A stretch of DNA of 64,000 nucleotides from an uncultured Gammaproteobacteria bacterium (lineage in GTDB: Bacteria; Pseudomonadota; Gammaproteobacteria; Steroidobacterales; Woeseiaceae), in the NCBI GenBank assembly GCA_963722775.1, contig CAVROF010000021.1, forward strand, positions 6,668 through 70,667. Direction: 5' to 3'. A model generated the notes under the pieces. That model made no database searches. It was not told the origin of the DNA and worked only from the letters and a program-made list of their open reading frames with translations. Shown here piece by piece: positions 1 to 9,983 of this stretch (positions are counted from its first letter, which is position 1; each line of letters begins with the position of its first letter). The translations under genes and the position numbers were made by a program.

Positions 1-138
1 AAGCTTGATGTGCGCTGTTACACGTACAAAGGTGACATACAGCTGCTGGGTGCTCGCATGTATCGCGGACAAACGACGAACTTCCGAACGGATGGCGGTG
101 GACTTGCCGCCGTGTTCATGGCACCCGAAATCTCAGAC

Positions 139-1122
139 CTAGCCCGTAAGACTCGGCACCCCGTCACCCATCACTTTGTCGATCGCTTCCATCACGTCTG
201 GCGTGAATTTCTTCGCGAAGTTGAGCGCTTTCATGTTCTCGTGGACCTGTCCGATACGGCTCGCACCGGTCAGCACGGTGCTCACCGATGGGTTTTGCAG
301 GCACCAGGCCAGTGAGAATTGCGCGAGGGTAGCGCCCATATCTTTGGCGATTGGCTCAAGCCCGGCCACCACGTTTCGGCGTTGCTCATCGAGCAGCCCT
401 TTCTGCAGCCATTCATAGCCCGCGAGCGCGCCGCGGCTGTCGTCAGGAATGCCGTCCTTGTACTTGCCGGTCAGAATGCCTGAGGCAAGCGGGCTCCAGG
501 TTGTCGATCCGTAGCCGTGCTTCTTGTACACGTCGTCGTATTCCTCAGCGAAGCGGTGCTGCTCGAAGAGGTTGTAGACAGGCTGTTCAGCGATCGGTTT
601 GTGCAAATGGCAGCGCTCGGCGATGTCGAGGGCCTCAAGTATCTGTGCGGCCTCCCATTCGGATGTACCCCAGTAAAGCGCTTGCCCTCTCTCGATGATG
701 TTGTGCATTGCCCGGACGGTTTCCTCGATAGGCGTCGATTCGTCCTGGCGATGGCACAACAAGATGTCGACGTACTCCATGTCGAGGCGTTTGAGCGAAC
801 CGGCGATGCCTTCGATCAGGTATTTGCGATTCAGCGTGTTTTTCTCGTTGGGGTTGTCGTTCAGGCCCCAGTAGAGCTTGGTGGAGACTAGATAGCTGCC
901 GCGCCGCCAGCCGAGTCTCTTGAGTGCCGCGCCCATGATCTCTTCGGACTTACCGAACGCATATACCTCGGCGTTATCGAAGAAATTGACGCCCGCATCG
1001 TAGGCGGCCGTCATCATCTCGACGGCATCATCAACGCCTGTTTGCGTGTGAAACGTAACCCACGATCCGAGCGACAGCTCGCTGACCTGGATACCCGCTT
1101 GACCTAGGTGGCGATAGTTCAT
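139..1122 (-). CDS. aldo/keto reductase, Kv-beta-subunit-like oxidoreductase
   Basis: 327-aa ORF. AKR-type blocks are visible throughout ([39 protein letters not shown]-terminal [13 protein letters not shown]). Confidence 0.9.
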   Translation of the reverse strand: MNYRHLGQAGIQVSELSLGSWVTFHTQTGVDDAVEMMTAAYDAGVNFFDNAEVYAFGKSEEIMGAALKRLGWRRGSYLVSTKLYWGLNDNPNEKNTLNRKYLIEGIAGSLKRLDMEYVDILLCHRQDESTPIEETVRAMHNIIERGQALYWGTSEWEAAQILEALDIAERCHLHKPIAEQPVYNLFEQHRFAEEYDDVYKKHGYGSTTWSPLASGILTGKYKDGIPDDSRGALAGYEWLQKGLLDEQRRNVVAGLEPIAKDMGATLAQFSLAWCLQNPSVSTVLTGASRIGQVHENMKALNFAKKFTPDVMEAIDKVMGDGVPSLTG

Positions 1123-1133
1123 TGTGGTTTGAC

Positions 1134-1676
1134 TCAGGGTAGTAAAGAGTAGCCGTCGGACTGTAACACCGTCAGCATCGTCATGGCGGATAGCGCGACT
1201 TGCGCGGGCTCGGCGAGCTCGCTCTTGTCGACGTTACCGAAGGTCATTGACTGCCCACAGACGTAGATCCTGACGCCGACAGCATGGAGTCTGGTGAGCA
1301 ATTCGAGATTGGGATTGTCAACTTTGTGTCGAGCCTCGTAGGCATCGTTGTTCATCAAGTTCTTCACCGCAGGCCCGTGGACGACGACGGCAAGGTCCAT
1401 GTTCTCTATTGGCACACCATTGCGGGCATGCATGTTGAGGAAGCGTGCAACGCTGACAAGATAGGGATTGAGACTGGATGTTTCGCCCGGATACCTGGCC
1501 AGATCGAAGACAGCCTTGTAGGTGAAGCCCTCGGGCAACGCGACATCACGATCGTTTATTGGATACGTCGGGCCATAACCCTCGATGATCGGGCCGAACG
1601 ATGGCTCATCGGCGAGCGCATGAGTCGTACAGGCAAATGCAACGAACATAAGTAGGAAACGAATGCCCATCGGCAA
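1134..1676 (-). CDS. DsrE/DsrF-like family protein with signal peptide
   Basis: 180-aa ORF with an N-terminal hydrophobic signal ([16 protein letters not shown]). The core VVVHGPAVK...[10 protein letters not shown] is typical of DsrE-fold proteins. Confidence 0.65.
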   Translation of the reverse strand: MPMGIRFLLMFVAFACTTHALADEPSFGPIIEGYGPTYPINDRDVALPEGFTYKAVFDLARYPGETSSLNPYLVSVARFLNMHARNGVPIENMDLAVVVHGPAVKNLMNNDAYEARHKVDNPNLELLTRLHAVGVRIYVCGQSMTFGNVDKSELAEPAQVALSAMTMLTVLQSDGYSLLP

Positions 1677-1716
1677 TCTCCAGGCAGGTGACGACTGCCG
1701 CAGCTTGCCGTATGAG

Positions 1717-1929
1717 CTAGCTTATTTCCAGCCTGTCCTCGGCGATTTCACCGTTCGGCGACAAGACATAATGATCCAGGTCGAATCCGATGTAGAAACT
1801 GCCCGTCTCATCCGGGTTTTCGGAGACCTTGATCTCCTCGGGCCGTACGCGCCGCCTCACGTGTTTGCTCAGCAGTGTGGCGATACTGGGTTTCTCTGCT
1901 GCGTATACGATATCCATGGCGTGCTCCAT
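1717..1929 (-). CDS. hypothetical small protein
   Basis: 70-aa ORF, co-directional with and just upstream of the DsrE-like gene. AAGGA lies about 8 nt before the ATG. No family recognised. Confidence 0.4.
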   Translation of the reverse strand: MEHAMDIVYAAEKPSIATLLSKHVRRRVRPEEIKVSENPDETGSFYIGFDLDHYVLSPNGEIAEDRLEIS

Positions 1930-2132
1930 TGCGTCATTCCTTTGATATTCGCTGCCAGAGTACGACCAGGAGCATTAACGGGCCGTGAAAAATATGTGAA
2001 TCGGCGCTGAATACGAGTGTTTGCGGGTGATGCGGCCCATACCGGATATTACTTACGTTTGAGACCCCCTCATCGGTTGAGGTCCCCGCCCGATCGTCCT
2101 AGTATGGAGATGCAGTCGAGAGGAGAACGCCA

Positions 2133-2513
2133 ATGCAACAACAACTCATAGAAGCGCTTCTGTATCCCCGCAAGATGGTCGAAGAGCTCGTTCAGGACGG
2201 CAACTACACGCACAAGAACATGTTCGAAGCAACGGGCGAACGCTGTAATCATTGCGACGGGTCGGGTAACTGCGGTTGGGATCACTGCGTGGAAGATTTC
2301 CAGCAGCTTGGTCTGAAGACTGACGAAGCCCTTAGCGTTTCCTTGCGTGAAGGAATCAGACTTATCGAATCGCTGCACAAGCACTTGCGACACGATGAGA
2401 CCACGTGTACCTGCGAGCCCTGCAGCTGGATTAGAAATGCAGAGCAGCTGATGGAAGAATGTGAGCATCACCTGCCGCATGTCGATCCGCCGGGTGTAGT
2501 ACATCCGGAGTAA
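2133..2513 (+). CDS. Cys/His-rich hypothetical protein with one DnaJ-type CxxCxGxG motif
   Basis: 126-aa ORF with AGGAGA 6 nt upstream of the ATG. Motifs CNHCDGSGNCGWDHC and CTCEPCSW are present, and a terminator follows. The antisense ORF 2070..2504 has no such signals. Confidence 0.55.
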   Translation: MQQQLIEALLYPRKMVEELVQDGNYTHKNMFEATGERCNHCDGSGNCGWDHCVEDFQQLGLKTDEALSVSLREGIRLIESLHKHLRHDETTCTCEPCSWIRNAEQLMEECEHHLPHVDPPGVVHPE

Positions 2514-2528
2514 CTAGACAGACGACAG

Positions 2529-2555
2529 GGGCCTTAATCATTCGAGGCCCTTTTT
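2529..2555 (+). terminator. rho-independent terminator
   Basis: GGGCCT (2529-2534) pairs with AGGCCC (2545-2550) and is followed by TTTTT (2551-2555). Confidence 0.6.
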
Positions 2556-2557
2556 GG

Positions 2558-3652
2558 ATGCTGACCAGAACTCTCAAGAATTGCGGCTTCGGAGCCGCAG
2601 CCATTTTGGCGCTTGCGTCATCGCTGACCTGTGCCTATGAGATCGATGGCTACGCCGGCATCACCCCGTTGTTCGCCGACGACGCGATCCTGGACGTCAC
2701 GATCGAGGCTCCCATCAAAACCCTGATGGAGGTCCGCCCCGACCTCGCCTATCTAAAAGGCCGATTCACGTACACCGAAGCCGATGGCACCGAGAAGACG
2801 ATTGGTTTGAAGCTCCGCACCCGTGGCAACTATCGCCGTGATCCGGAGCACTGCAATTTCGCGCCGATTCGGTTGAACCTCAAGAAAGGCGATGTTGCTG
2901 GCACGCTCTTCGCGCGCCAGGACAAATTGAAACTCGTCACCCATTGCCAGACCTATGAAGCAGGATACGAGCAGAACCTGCTGCGCGAATACCTGGCATA
3001 TCGATTGCTCCATGAGCTGACGAGCGTCAGCTACGGCACGCGACTGTTTCGCGTCACCTACATCAATACGCAAGATGGTAAATCGCTGACCAAATACGGA
3101 TTTGTCATTGAAAACGATAAGGACCTTGCGAAACGAAATGCGCTGAAGTTGATAGACATCAGACGCGTCAAGGAGTCAGAGATCGATGCGAGGCAGCAGA
3201 ATCTTGTTCATGTATTTCAGTACATGATCGGTAACACCGAGTATTCACTGGTCAATCCTGAGCCGAATAAGAACTGCTGCCATAACGCCGATGTGCTCTC
3301 GGCAACCAAGGGTCCACCGTACATCCCCCTCGCCTTTGACTTCGACTTTTCCGGCTTCGTTGACGCACCGTACGCCGAACCGAATCCGCGCTACCCGATT
3401 CCCAATGTAAAAAAGAGATTCTACAGAGGGTTATGCGACGCCAACGATCTGTTACCCGAGACGCTGCAGCAATTCATCAACAAGAAAGACACCTTCTATC
3501 GCATCATTGACGAACTGGAGCCTGCAACCCGCCGGACGAAACTGCAGGTTCGAACGTATCTCGAAAAGTTCTACGAAATAATCGCCGATCCGGCCGCGGT
3601 CCAGGAGCACCTGGTCGACAAATGCTACGACCCTCCGGTCGACGAGACCTGA
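2558..3652 (+). CDS. hypothetical secreted protein
   Basis: 364-aa ORF with an N-terminal signal-like segment (GFGAAAILALASSLTCAYE). No family recognised. Confidence 0.6.
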   Translation: MLTRTLKNCGFGAAAILALASSLTCAYEIDGYAGITPLFADDAILDVTIEAPIKTLMEVRPDLAYLKGRFTYTEADGTEKTIGLKLRTRGNYRRDPEHCNFAPIRLNLKKGDVAGTLFARQDKLKLVTHCQTYEAGYEQNLLREYLAYRLLHELTSVSYGTRLFRVTYINTQDGKSLTKYGFVIENDKDLAKRNALKLIDIRRVKESEIDARQQNLVHVFQYMIGNTEYSLVNPEPNKNCCHNADVLSATKGPPYIPLAFDFDFSGFVDAPYAEPNPRYPIPNVKKRFYRGLCDANDLLPETLQQFINKKDTFYRIIDELEPATRRTKLQVRTYLEKFYEIIADPAAVQEHLVDKCYDPPVDET

Positions 3653-3901
3653 TTGGGTAAGCCAGCGGTCAATACGTGCGCTCGCTGGCACTCGCTAGTG
3701 CAGAGTGACTCCAAATGGAGACAGTCTCCGACGATCATAAAACACATATAATACAACCACTTGAATCGACTGTTGTAGCTGCCCAACGAATACAGAAAAA
3801 GGTACTGGACAGGTTCTTCAAAGCATCGCTAACATCCGCGCCACTTGCCGGCGAAACCGGAATTTTCCGGTGATGCCACGTTGGGCATTTGGAGATACAC
3901 A

Positions 3902-4468
3902 ATGAAGACTCTGGTTCTTTTGGCCGGCTTGCTTGCCAGCAGCCTGGCGATCGCACAGACATCACAACAGCCACTATCGGGCCGCCTGAATTACAACTAC
4001 CTGGAGTTGCGCTTTGTCGACGTTGATACAAACGGCGGCGATGGGCTGCGTTTCGGTGGTTCGTTTGACTTCGGGAACAACTGGCTAATCGTTGGTGGCG
4101 TGACGTCTGTTGAATTCAACAACAATGTTGATGCAACCTGGTTCGAGGTGGGGCCCGGCTACGTCTGGCACTACAACAACGATTTCGATTTCGTCGCATC
4201 GCTGCGATACGTCAATGTCGATATTGACAGCCAGTTCTCCAGCGGCGACGACGACGGGGTCGCATTTTCAGCTGGCACGCGTGGATTGCTAATGCCGCAG
4301 TTCGAAATTCGCGGTTCGGTGAATCACACGACGGTCGGTGACAGCGACACCTACCTTGAATTTGCAGGCGACTATCATTTCAACTCACAGTTCGCCGCGG
4401 GCCTGAGCCTTGAGTTTGCGGGTGATAGTGATGTCATCACGATTGGTGGACGCTGGTTCTTCAGGTAA
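3902..4468 (+). CDS. outer-membrane beta-barrel protein (OmpW/OmpA-like small porin family)
   Basis: Start moved to the internal ATG that gives the signal peptide MKTLVLLAGLLASSLAIAQ. The sequence shows an alternating beta-strand pattern and a C-terminal aromatic end, GGRWFFR. Confidence 0.7.
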   Translation: MKTLVLLAGLLASSLAIAQTSQQPLSGRLNYNYLELRFVDVDTNGGDGLRFGGSFDFGNNWLIVGGVTSVEFNNNVDATWFEVGPGYVWHYNNDFDFVASLRYVNVDIDSQFSSGDDDGVAFSAGTRGLLMPQFEIRGSVNHTTVGDSDTYLEFAGDYHFNSQFAAGLSLEFAGDSDVITIGGRWFFR

Positions 4469-5117
4469 GCAACCCGAGCTGCTTTTTTAACTCCGCTAAT
4501 TCGGCCTCGAGGCGGTCGACCCGCTCGGTCAGCTCTGCGACACCGCCTCGCTGGGACACCGACACGGGCTTTTTTGCATTGGCATCAGCAACATGAGCAG
4601 CAATATCCACGGGGCCGTAAAACAGGTGCATATATTCCGAGTCCTTGCGCCCGGCCAAACGCGGCAGCTTGACGACCAAAGCGCCCGCCTCTCGTTCAAT
4701 CAAACCGTCCAGCGCGACCACCACTTCGGCATTGTCGGCAAACGTGTGCAAGCGTCCGCTGCGAGCTCGTAGCTCACCCGGCGTTTGAGCCCCCCGTAGC
4801 AACAGCAGACAAATAATCGCGAGCTCTGCAGGATTGAACTGCAACTCGCTGTAGCGCGTATTACAAAATCGCTGCGAGTGCTTTTCCGTTCTGCTCTTGA
4901 AATTCTCCTCTGTCCGTACGAGATGCTTAGCCTCAAGATTGCGAATCGTATGTTGAACTTCGCCCTGCTGCAGGGCCATTACAGGATCTCGCGCCGACTT
5001 TTGGTTACAGGCGTTATTCAAGGCATTTAAGGTGAGCGGATACTGATCCGGTGTAACAATGGATTTTTCGATCAGACAGCCGATCACACGAGCTTCTTTA
5101 TCGTTTAGTTTTTCCAG
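4461..5117 (-). CDS. yceH: YceH/DUF480 family protein
   Basis: Collinear by eye with E. coli YceH (ARVIGCLIEK..QYPLTLN..ACNQK..RFCN..LLLRGAQTPGELR..YMHLF). The conserved N-terminal helix lies upstream of the GTG at 5087 used by the ORF track. The only in-frame candidate start before it is CTG at 5117, so the start is uncertain. Confidence 0.8.
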   Translation of the reverse strand: MEKLNDKEARVIGCLIEKSIVTPDQYPLTLNALNNACNQKSARDPVMALQQGEVQHTIRNLEAKHLVRTEENFKSRTEKHSQRFCNTRYSELQFNPAELAIICLLLLRGAQTPGELRARSGRLHTFADNAEVVVALDGLIEREAGALVVKLPRLAGRKDSEYMHLFYGPVDIAAHVADANAKKPVSVSQRGGVAELTERVDRLEAELAELKKQLGLLT

Positions 5118-5199
5118 GACGTTCTACCTTATTGCAACTATTCAAACGGACGACGATGGTCGCATTGTAACCCCGCAACCGTCCTAAAGCGTCCTGGAT

Positions 5200-7023
5200 C
5201 TACTGGTAGCCTTTGGCCTGCAACCGAAACAACTGTGCGTACTGACCATCTTTCGCCATCAGCGTCTCATGATTGCCGCGCTCCTGAACGACGCCATTGT
5301 GAATCACGATTATCTGGTCGGCGATTCGAACTGTCGAGAATCGGTGGGAGATCAGGATAGTCATTTTCTTCTGACTCATTTTTCGGAAATGATCGAAGAT
5401 CGCAGCTTCTGAAGCGGCATCCATTGATGCGGTCGGTTCATCGAGAACGAGAATATCGGCATCGGTACGCATAAAGGCCCGCGACAGGGCAATTTTTTGC
5501 CACTGCCCACCGGAGAGTTCCCGACCGTTCTTGAACCAGCGCCCAAGCTGAGTGTCATAGCCGTCCGGCAGATCGTCAATAAACGAGGCTGCCTGCCCGA
5601 CCTCGGCGGCTTCCTCCCAGCGCTTTTTGTCCTCGATATAGCGAACATCGCCAGTACCGATGTTTTCCCCAACGGAAAACTGATAGCGCCCAAAGTCCTG
5701 GAAGATCACACCAACACGCTGCCGTAGCGATTCAATATCCCACTCCACGAGGTCGAGACCATCGAGCAGAATCCGCCCGGCGCTCGGTTCGTAAAGACGT
5801 GTCAGCAGCTTTATCAGCGTCGTTTTCCCGGACCCGTTTTCCCCGACGACGGCAAGACTCTCGCCGGGCCGAATCTGCAGGCTGATGTCATCCAGCGCCC
5901 TGCTCTCTGAGCCAGGATAGGCAAACGACACATTTTCAAGCTCGATCCCGCGGCTCGGGTCCGGACCTGCCGTCGCGTCACCCGAGCGGCTAAGGATGGG
6001 CTGCTCCAGGTACTCATACAGATTCGACACGTACAGGTTGTCCTCGTACATGCCACTAATCGATGACAAGATAGCCGCTACCGCTGACTGTCCCTGGCGA
6101 AACAACATCAGGTACATGGTCATCGCACCGAGCGTTATCTGTTTGCTGATGGTCGCCAGTACAATCCAGACGTAGGCGCCATAGAATGCGGCAGTCGAGA
6201 CGAGCCCGAGCGCAAATCCCCAACCATCACGTCGCAATGTCAGCCTGCGATCTTCTTTGAAGAGCTTCCGAAAGATATTTCGATATCGCCGCAGTAATCG
6301 CGGACCAAGTTGAAAGAGCTTTACCTCTTTTACGCCATCCTCCCGAGCGATGACTGTTTCGAGATACATTTGCATGCGCGTATCAGGTGAGCGCCAGCGG
6401 AACAAACGAAATCGATCGCCCGAAAATTTAGCTTCGGCGAAAAACGATGGCAGACCCGCCAATACGAGTATCGCAACGGCCCATGGCGAGAATGCGTACA
6501 AGAGAATCGCGTAGCTGACGAGCGAGATCGAATTCTGTGCCAGCCCAAATGTACGATTGACGAGACTCAGAGGCCGGCTCGATGCTTCACGCCGTGCCTG
6601 AGTCAGTTTGTCGTAGAATTCCGAATCCTCGAAATGCGTCAACTGCAGCGTTAACGCCTTTTCCAGAATCATGACATTTACACGTTGACCAAGTAGTGCC
6701 CGCAAGAGCGACTGACTTGCGGAAATGCCTCGCTGACAGGCGGTGATGGCGATGACAACCCCAGCCTCCAACGCGAGCAACCGGATTACACCGCGCGTAT
6801 CGGGGTTGTCCGAATTCATGGCGGCGACAACGGCATCAACAATCAGTTGGCCAATATAGGCAATTGCGGCCGGTAAAACGCCTGTAAGAATAGTGAGTAT
6901 GGCCAGCGCAAGTGTCAGCGACCGACTGGTCGTCCAGACCAACACCATCGCACGACGGCTGTAAGCGAACGTACCGAGCGCGCGCTTGAGAAAGCCAACT
7001 TCGATCTGAGGCGATTCAGACAT
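5200..7023 (-). CDS. ABC transporter, fused permease/ATP-binding protein (MsbA-like exporter type)
   Basis: 607 aa with six N-terminal TM segments, Walker A GENGSGKTT, signature LSGGQWQK and Walker B ILVLDEPT. Confidence 0.9.
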   Translation of the reverse strand: MSESPQIEVGFLKRALGTFAYSRRAMVLVWTTSRSLTLALAILTILTGVLPAAIAYIGQLIVDAVVAAMNSDNPDTRGVIRLLALEAGVVIAITACQRGISASQSLLRALLGQRVNVMILEKALTLQLTHFEDSEFYDKLTQARREASSRPLSLVNRTFGLAQNSISLVSYAILLYAFSPWAVAILVLAGLPSFFAEAKFSGDRFRLFRWRSPDTRMQMYLETVIAREDGVKEVKLFQLGPRLLRRYRNIFRKLFKEDRRLTLRRDGWGFALGLVSTAAFYGAYVWIVLATISKQITLGAMTMYLMLFRQGQSAVAAILSSISGMYEDNLYVSNLYEYLEQPILSRSGDATAGPDPSRGIELENVSFAYPGSESRALDDISLQIRPGESLAVVGENGSGKTTLIKLLTRLYEPSAGRILLDGLDLVEWDIESLRQRVGVIFQDFGRYQFSVGENIGTGDVRYIEDKKRWEEAAEVGQAASFIDDLPDGYDTQLGRWFKNGRELSGGQWQKIALSRAFMRTDADILVLDEPTASMDAASEAAIFDHFRKMSQKKMTILISHRFSTVRIADQIIVIHNGVVQERGNHETLMAKDGQYAQLFRLQAKGYQ

Positions 7024-7188
7024 TACAAATAGCCGGGAACATCAGGGATCACGAGATTGACGCACAGGCACCAGCAGCAATGCAAGGCGACCAATCGAGC
7101 CACCGATAGGCGAACCTGCACATATCCCTTATATCCACTCCACCAGACGCCTGATATTTTGTGATACGCAGGGGGAAAGGAGTTGGTC

Positions 7189-7662
7189 ATGAGTACGCTC
7201 CAAAAAACGCGAACCGCAATCGCGCTTCTGATGGGCTGCCTCGTCGCATTGAGTGCGTGCGATAAGGAGGTCTGGATGTCTGAGCAGGGTTTCAGGTTGC
7301 CGGACGGTGACGCCCAGGCCGGTCGCGCGGCTTTTCTTTATATGCAGTGCCATCAATGCCATACGATTGACGGCGAGGAACTGCCCGAAATCCCGGGCGT
7401 GGACCCGCCCTACATAGACCTCGGCGGAGAAACGTCCAAGGTGAAGACCTACGGCGAGCTAGTCACCGCGATTATCAACCCGTCGCACAAACTGTCTCGC
7501 GGCTATGCAAATCAAGTCGTATCGGAGGGTGGCGAATCGAACATGTACGTCTACAACCAGCATATGACCATCCAGGAGCTGGTCGATATCGTCATGTACT
7601 TGCAGCCGACGTATGATGTGATGGTGCCAGAGTATCGTTACAGGGCTTACCCGGTGCGGTGA
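7189..7662 (+). CDS. c-type cytochrome lipoprotein
   Basis: AAGGAG lies 7 nt before ATG 7189. Lipobox LVALSAC and a single haem motif CHQCH are present. Confidence 0.75.
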   Translation: MSTLQKTRTAIALLMGCLVALSACDKEVWMSEQGFRLPDGDAQAGRAAFLYMQCHQCHTIDGEELPEIPGVDPPYIDLGGETSKVKTYGELVTAIINPSHKLSRGYANQVVSEGGESNMYVYNQHMTIQELVDIVMYLQPTYDVMVPEYRYRAYPVR

Positions 7663-7666
7663 CTGG

Positions 7667-8380
7667 CTACTTCAGCCTCACCAGAATCGTTGATCCACCC
7701 GCCCCCGATTCAATCTGTACCTTCTTAACTTCCAGGTATGGCTGAGCTTTGACCAATTCCACCAGTTTTCTGAATCCATAATTTCGCGAGTCAAAGGCAG
7801 GATCATTCTTCAGCAACATCGTACCAACCACGCCCAGGTGCGCCCAGCCGTCATCTTGCGCGGCATTGTCGACGGCTTCGAGCAGCTTCTTCTTCGGCGA
7901 GGGACCTTGCGGCTTCCCTTTGGCAGGTTTCGTCGCAGGTGGCACAAGGATGTCCGTATATATGAATTTGTCGCATGCAGCGACAAACGCTTGTGGCGTC
8001 TTTCTTTCGCCAAAGCCATACACTTTTAATCCAGCCTCTCGAATCCGCATTGCCATGGGTGTGAAGTCGCTATCCGACGAGACCAGGCAAAACCCGTTCA
8101 GATTGCCTGTATGCAGCAGATCCATCGCATCGATGATCAACGCCAGATCCGTCGCGTTCTTTCCCTTGGTGTAAGGAAACTGCTGCACAGGCTTTATTCC
8201 GTGCGCTTGCAGTTCGTTCTCCCATTTCTTGAGCTGTGATTTCGACCAGTCTCCGTACGCTCGCTTTACGTTTGCCGTTCCGTATCGCGACACTTCTTCC
8301 AACAGTTGCTGTATGAGTGATGCCTGCGCGTTGTCCGCGTCAATTAGCACCGCCAGATTGTCATTCATTGATGATGTCAT
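7667..8380 (-). CDS. NYN (LabA-like) nuclease domain protein with C-terminal OST-HTH/LOTUS domain
   Basis: NYN blocks are visible (AVLIDADNA, KRAYGDW, NATDLALIIDAMD, CLVSSDSDFTPM). The C-terminal segment GWAHLGVVGTMLLKNDPAFDSRNYGFRKLVELV is typical of OST-HTH. Confidence 0.85.
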   Translation of the reverse strand: MTSSMNDNLAVLIDADNAQASLIQQLLEEVSRYGTANVKRAYGDWSKSQLKKWENELQAHGIKPVQQFPYTKGKNATDLALIIDAMDLLHTGNLNGFCLVSSDSDFTPMAMRIREAGLKVYGFGERKTPQAFVAACDKFIYTDILVPPATKPAKGKPQGPSPKKKLLEAVDNAAQDDGWAHLGVVGTMLLKNDPAFDSRNYGFRKLVELVKAQPYLEVKKVQIESGAGGSTILVRLK

Positions 8381-8450
8381 CGTGCTCTACCAGTCCTTGA
8401 GTGGACAAGTATAGTCAGTACGCGGGCGCGCTGACAGCGCCATGTTCACC

Positions 8451-8642
8451 CTAGTCGTTCTCGCCCCGAGCCGACACCGTCAGGCCCCCATCCACATCAA
8501 CTACCACATCCAGAACAATCGGCCGGCAACAGACCTGGCAGTCTTCTACGTAGCTTTGCTCCGGTAGCGAGTCATCGATCAGCAGGGAAATGTGTTCGCC
8601 GCAATAGGGGCAGCAGATCGTCTTTTCAGAGAGAACGGCCAG
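8451..8642 (-). CDS. CPXCG-motif cysteine-rich small protein (zinc-ribbon-like)
   Basis: Not in the ORF track (63 aa, no ATG). Translation is ..KTICCPYCGEHISLLIDDSLPEQSYVEDCQVCCRPIVLDVVVD... The only plausible start is CTG 8642, 7 nt after AGGAG, and the RBS overlaps the TAG stop of the upstream ATPase gene. Confidence 0.6.
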   Translation of the reverse strand: MAVLSEKTICCPYCGEHISLLIDDSLPEQSYVEDCQVCCRPIVLDVVVDVDGGLTVSARGEND

Positions 8643-8652
8643 AACAGCGCTC

Positions 8653-9828
8653 CTACTTGTGTCTCAACGCCTTGATTGTCCGGCGAGCGCGGACGCGACG
8701 CAGGTCCTGGAGATTCTGCATCGTCATCGTGTCAGATGCTGTGATCTTCTCGTCCATTTCGGGGCTGATCTCAGGTGCACCCTCGATCTTCAGCTTGAAG
8801 TGCCCAAGCGTGATGACGTCGTTGTTTCGCAGGATGGTCTTTTGGACGACCCGAGAGTTAACCGTCGTGCCATTGGTGCTGTTCAGATCGATTAACACCA
8901 CGGCATTTGAATAAACCTTGAGCATCGCGTGAATCTTGCTGACGTACGTGTCCTCGACGAGGATATCGGCCAGCTCATTCCGCCCGATAACGTACTCGCG
9001 ATCGGTCAGCTCGTACTCGGCCACGGTGTCACCATCGCGAGTGACCAGGATGCGCGGTATCGGTCTCGCCGACTTCAGCTCCGCCATCCGGTCCATGACC
9101 TCGATCGCGAACCTGTTCAACGCACCAGGCCAACCTCCCGAGCGCACATGCAACTGTTCGCAGACGTCGATCGGAAAAACTTTTTCACTGCGTTCCCCAC
9201 CCGCCGCCATCAAACGCGTGCGCAGGTAGATCATCGTTTCATGCACTGAAATCGGATTCAGCGAGTAGGTGGCGGGGTGACGTCGTGCGAAGCTGCGCAT
9301 GCCGTCATCGCGTAGTACGTCAGCCAATCGTTCCTTACCGGCAAGAACAATGCGTAGCGCGAAGTTGCCACGCGCGTCGAGTGCCGCAAGCCAGTTAAGT
9401 AGCCGCAGTGCGCTTGAGGTTGCCTGTTCGGCATCGTCCACGAAAAGCACTGGCGGGTTTCCACCGCGCGTTTCCTGGGACATGAAGTTATTCAGTTGCT
9501 GTAGCAGTTGCTGGTCGTCGCCGGAGACAGTCGTTCCGACTCCGAACTGCGCCAGCATGTCGGTGACCAGTCGGCGCGGCGTCAGGTGCTTTCCATCCAC
9601 AAAGGCGGTAGCCGCATCACGCCTGGACCATGCAAGCTGCTGTTTGACGATGGTGGTCTTGCCCGACCCGTTTGGTCCCTGCAGAATCCCGACACCGTTC
9701 GCCTGACCAAGCGATGCGGAAAGGAATCTCATGGCGTCCTGGTGGGACTGGCAGGCGACGACCAGAGCGTCATCGGCGAGGTTGCCGAAGGCTTTGCTAC
9801 TCAGTGCTGATTCAGAAGGTTGATTCAT
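8653..9828 (-). CDS. ExeA/GspA-like P-loop ATPase fused to a C-terminal FHA domain (paralog 1)
   Basis: Walker A GPNGSGKTT, Walker B VLFVDDAE and the ExeA-like block RSGGWPGALNRF are present. The FHA core reads YVIGRN...VSKIHAML...LIDLNSTNGTTVN. Confidence 0.8.
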   Translation of the reverse strand: MNQPSESALSSKAFGNLADDALVVACQSHQDAMRFLSASLGQANGVGILQGPNGSGKTTIVKQQLAWSRRDAATAFVDGKHLTPRRLVTDMLAQFGVGTTVSGDDQQLLQQLNNFMSQETRGGNPPVLFVDDAEQATSSALRLLNWLAALDARGNFALRIVLAGKERLADVLRDDGMRSFARRHPATYSLNPISVHETMIYLRTRLMAAGGERSEKVFPIDVCEQLHVRSGGWPGALNRFAIEVMDRMAELKSARPIPRILVTRDGDTVAEYELTDREYVIGRNELADILVEDTYVSKIHAMLKVYSNAVVLIDLNSTNGTTVNSRVVQKTILRNNDVITLGHFKLKIEGAPEISPEMDEKITASDTMTMQNLQDLRRVRARRTIKALRHK

Positions 9829-9983
9829 GTGCCTGCATGGGTTCTGGTTATTATTAGCGACAGGTCATTATTGCGTCAATACGCGGTTCTGCGTGGCCGA
9901 GATTCCATAATACGACGGTTTGTCTGGCGATTCCGCTGCAAACTGCTAGTCTCCGTCTCTTATTTTCAATTCGGAGACCCCCA

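Noticed and set aside
1-315. Plus-strand ORF at the window edge whose peptide (..LGARMYRGQTTNFRTDGGGLAAV..) faintly resembles the ATP-grasp R....N...GG motif. It could be a partial gene entering from the left.
   Set aside because: The frame stays open to 315, which would overlap the convergent, full-length AKR gene by about 177 nt. The match is a short motif only. I cannot support a CDS here without a database search.
2070-2504. 144-aa minus-strand ORF overlapping 2133..2513.
   Set aside because: The plus-strand ORF has a strong RBS, Cys/His motifs and a downstream terminator. The minus-strand ORF has none of these and reads as a compositional shadow.
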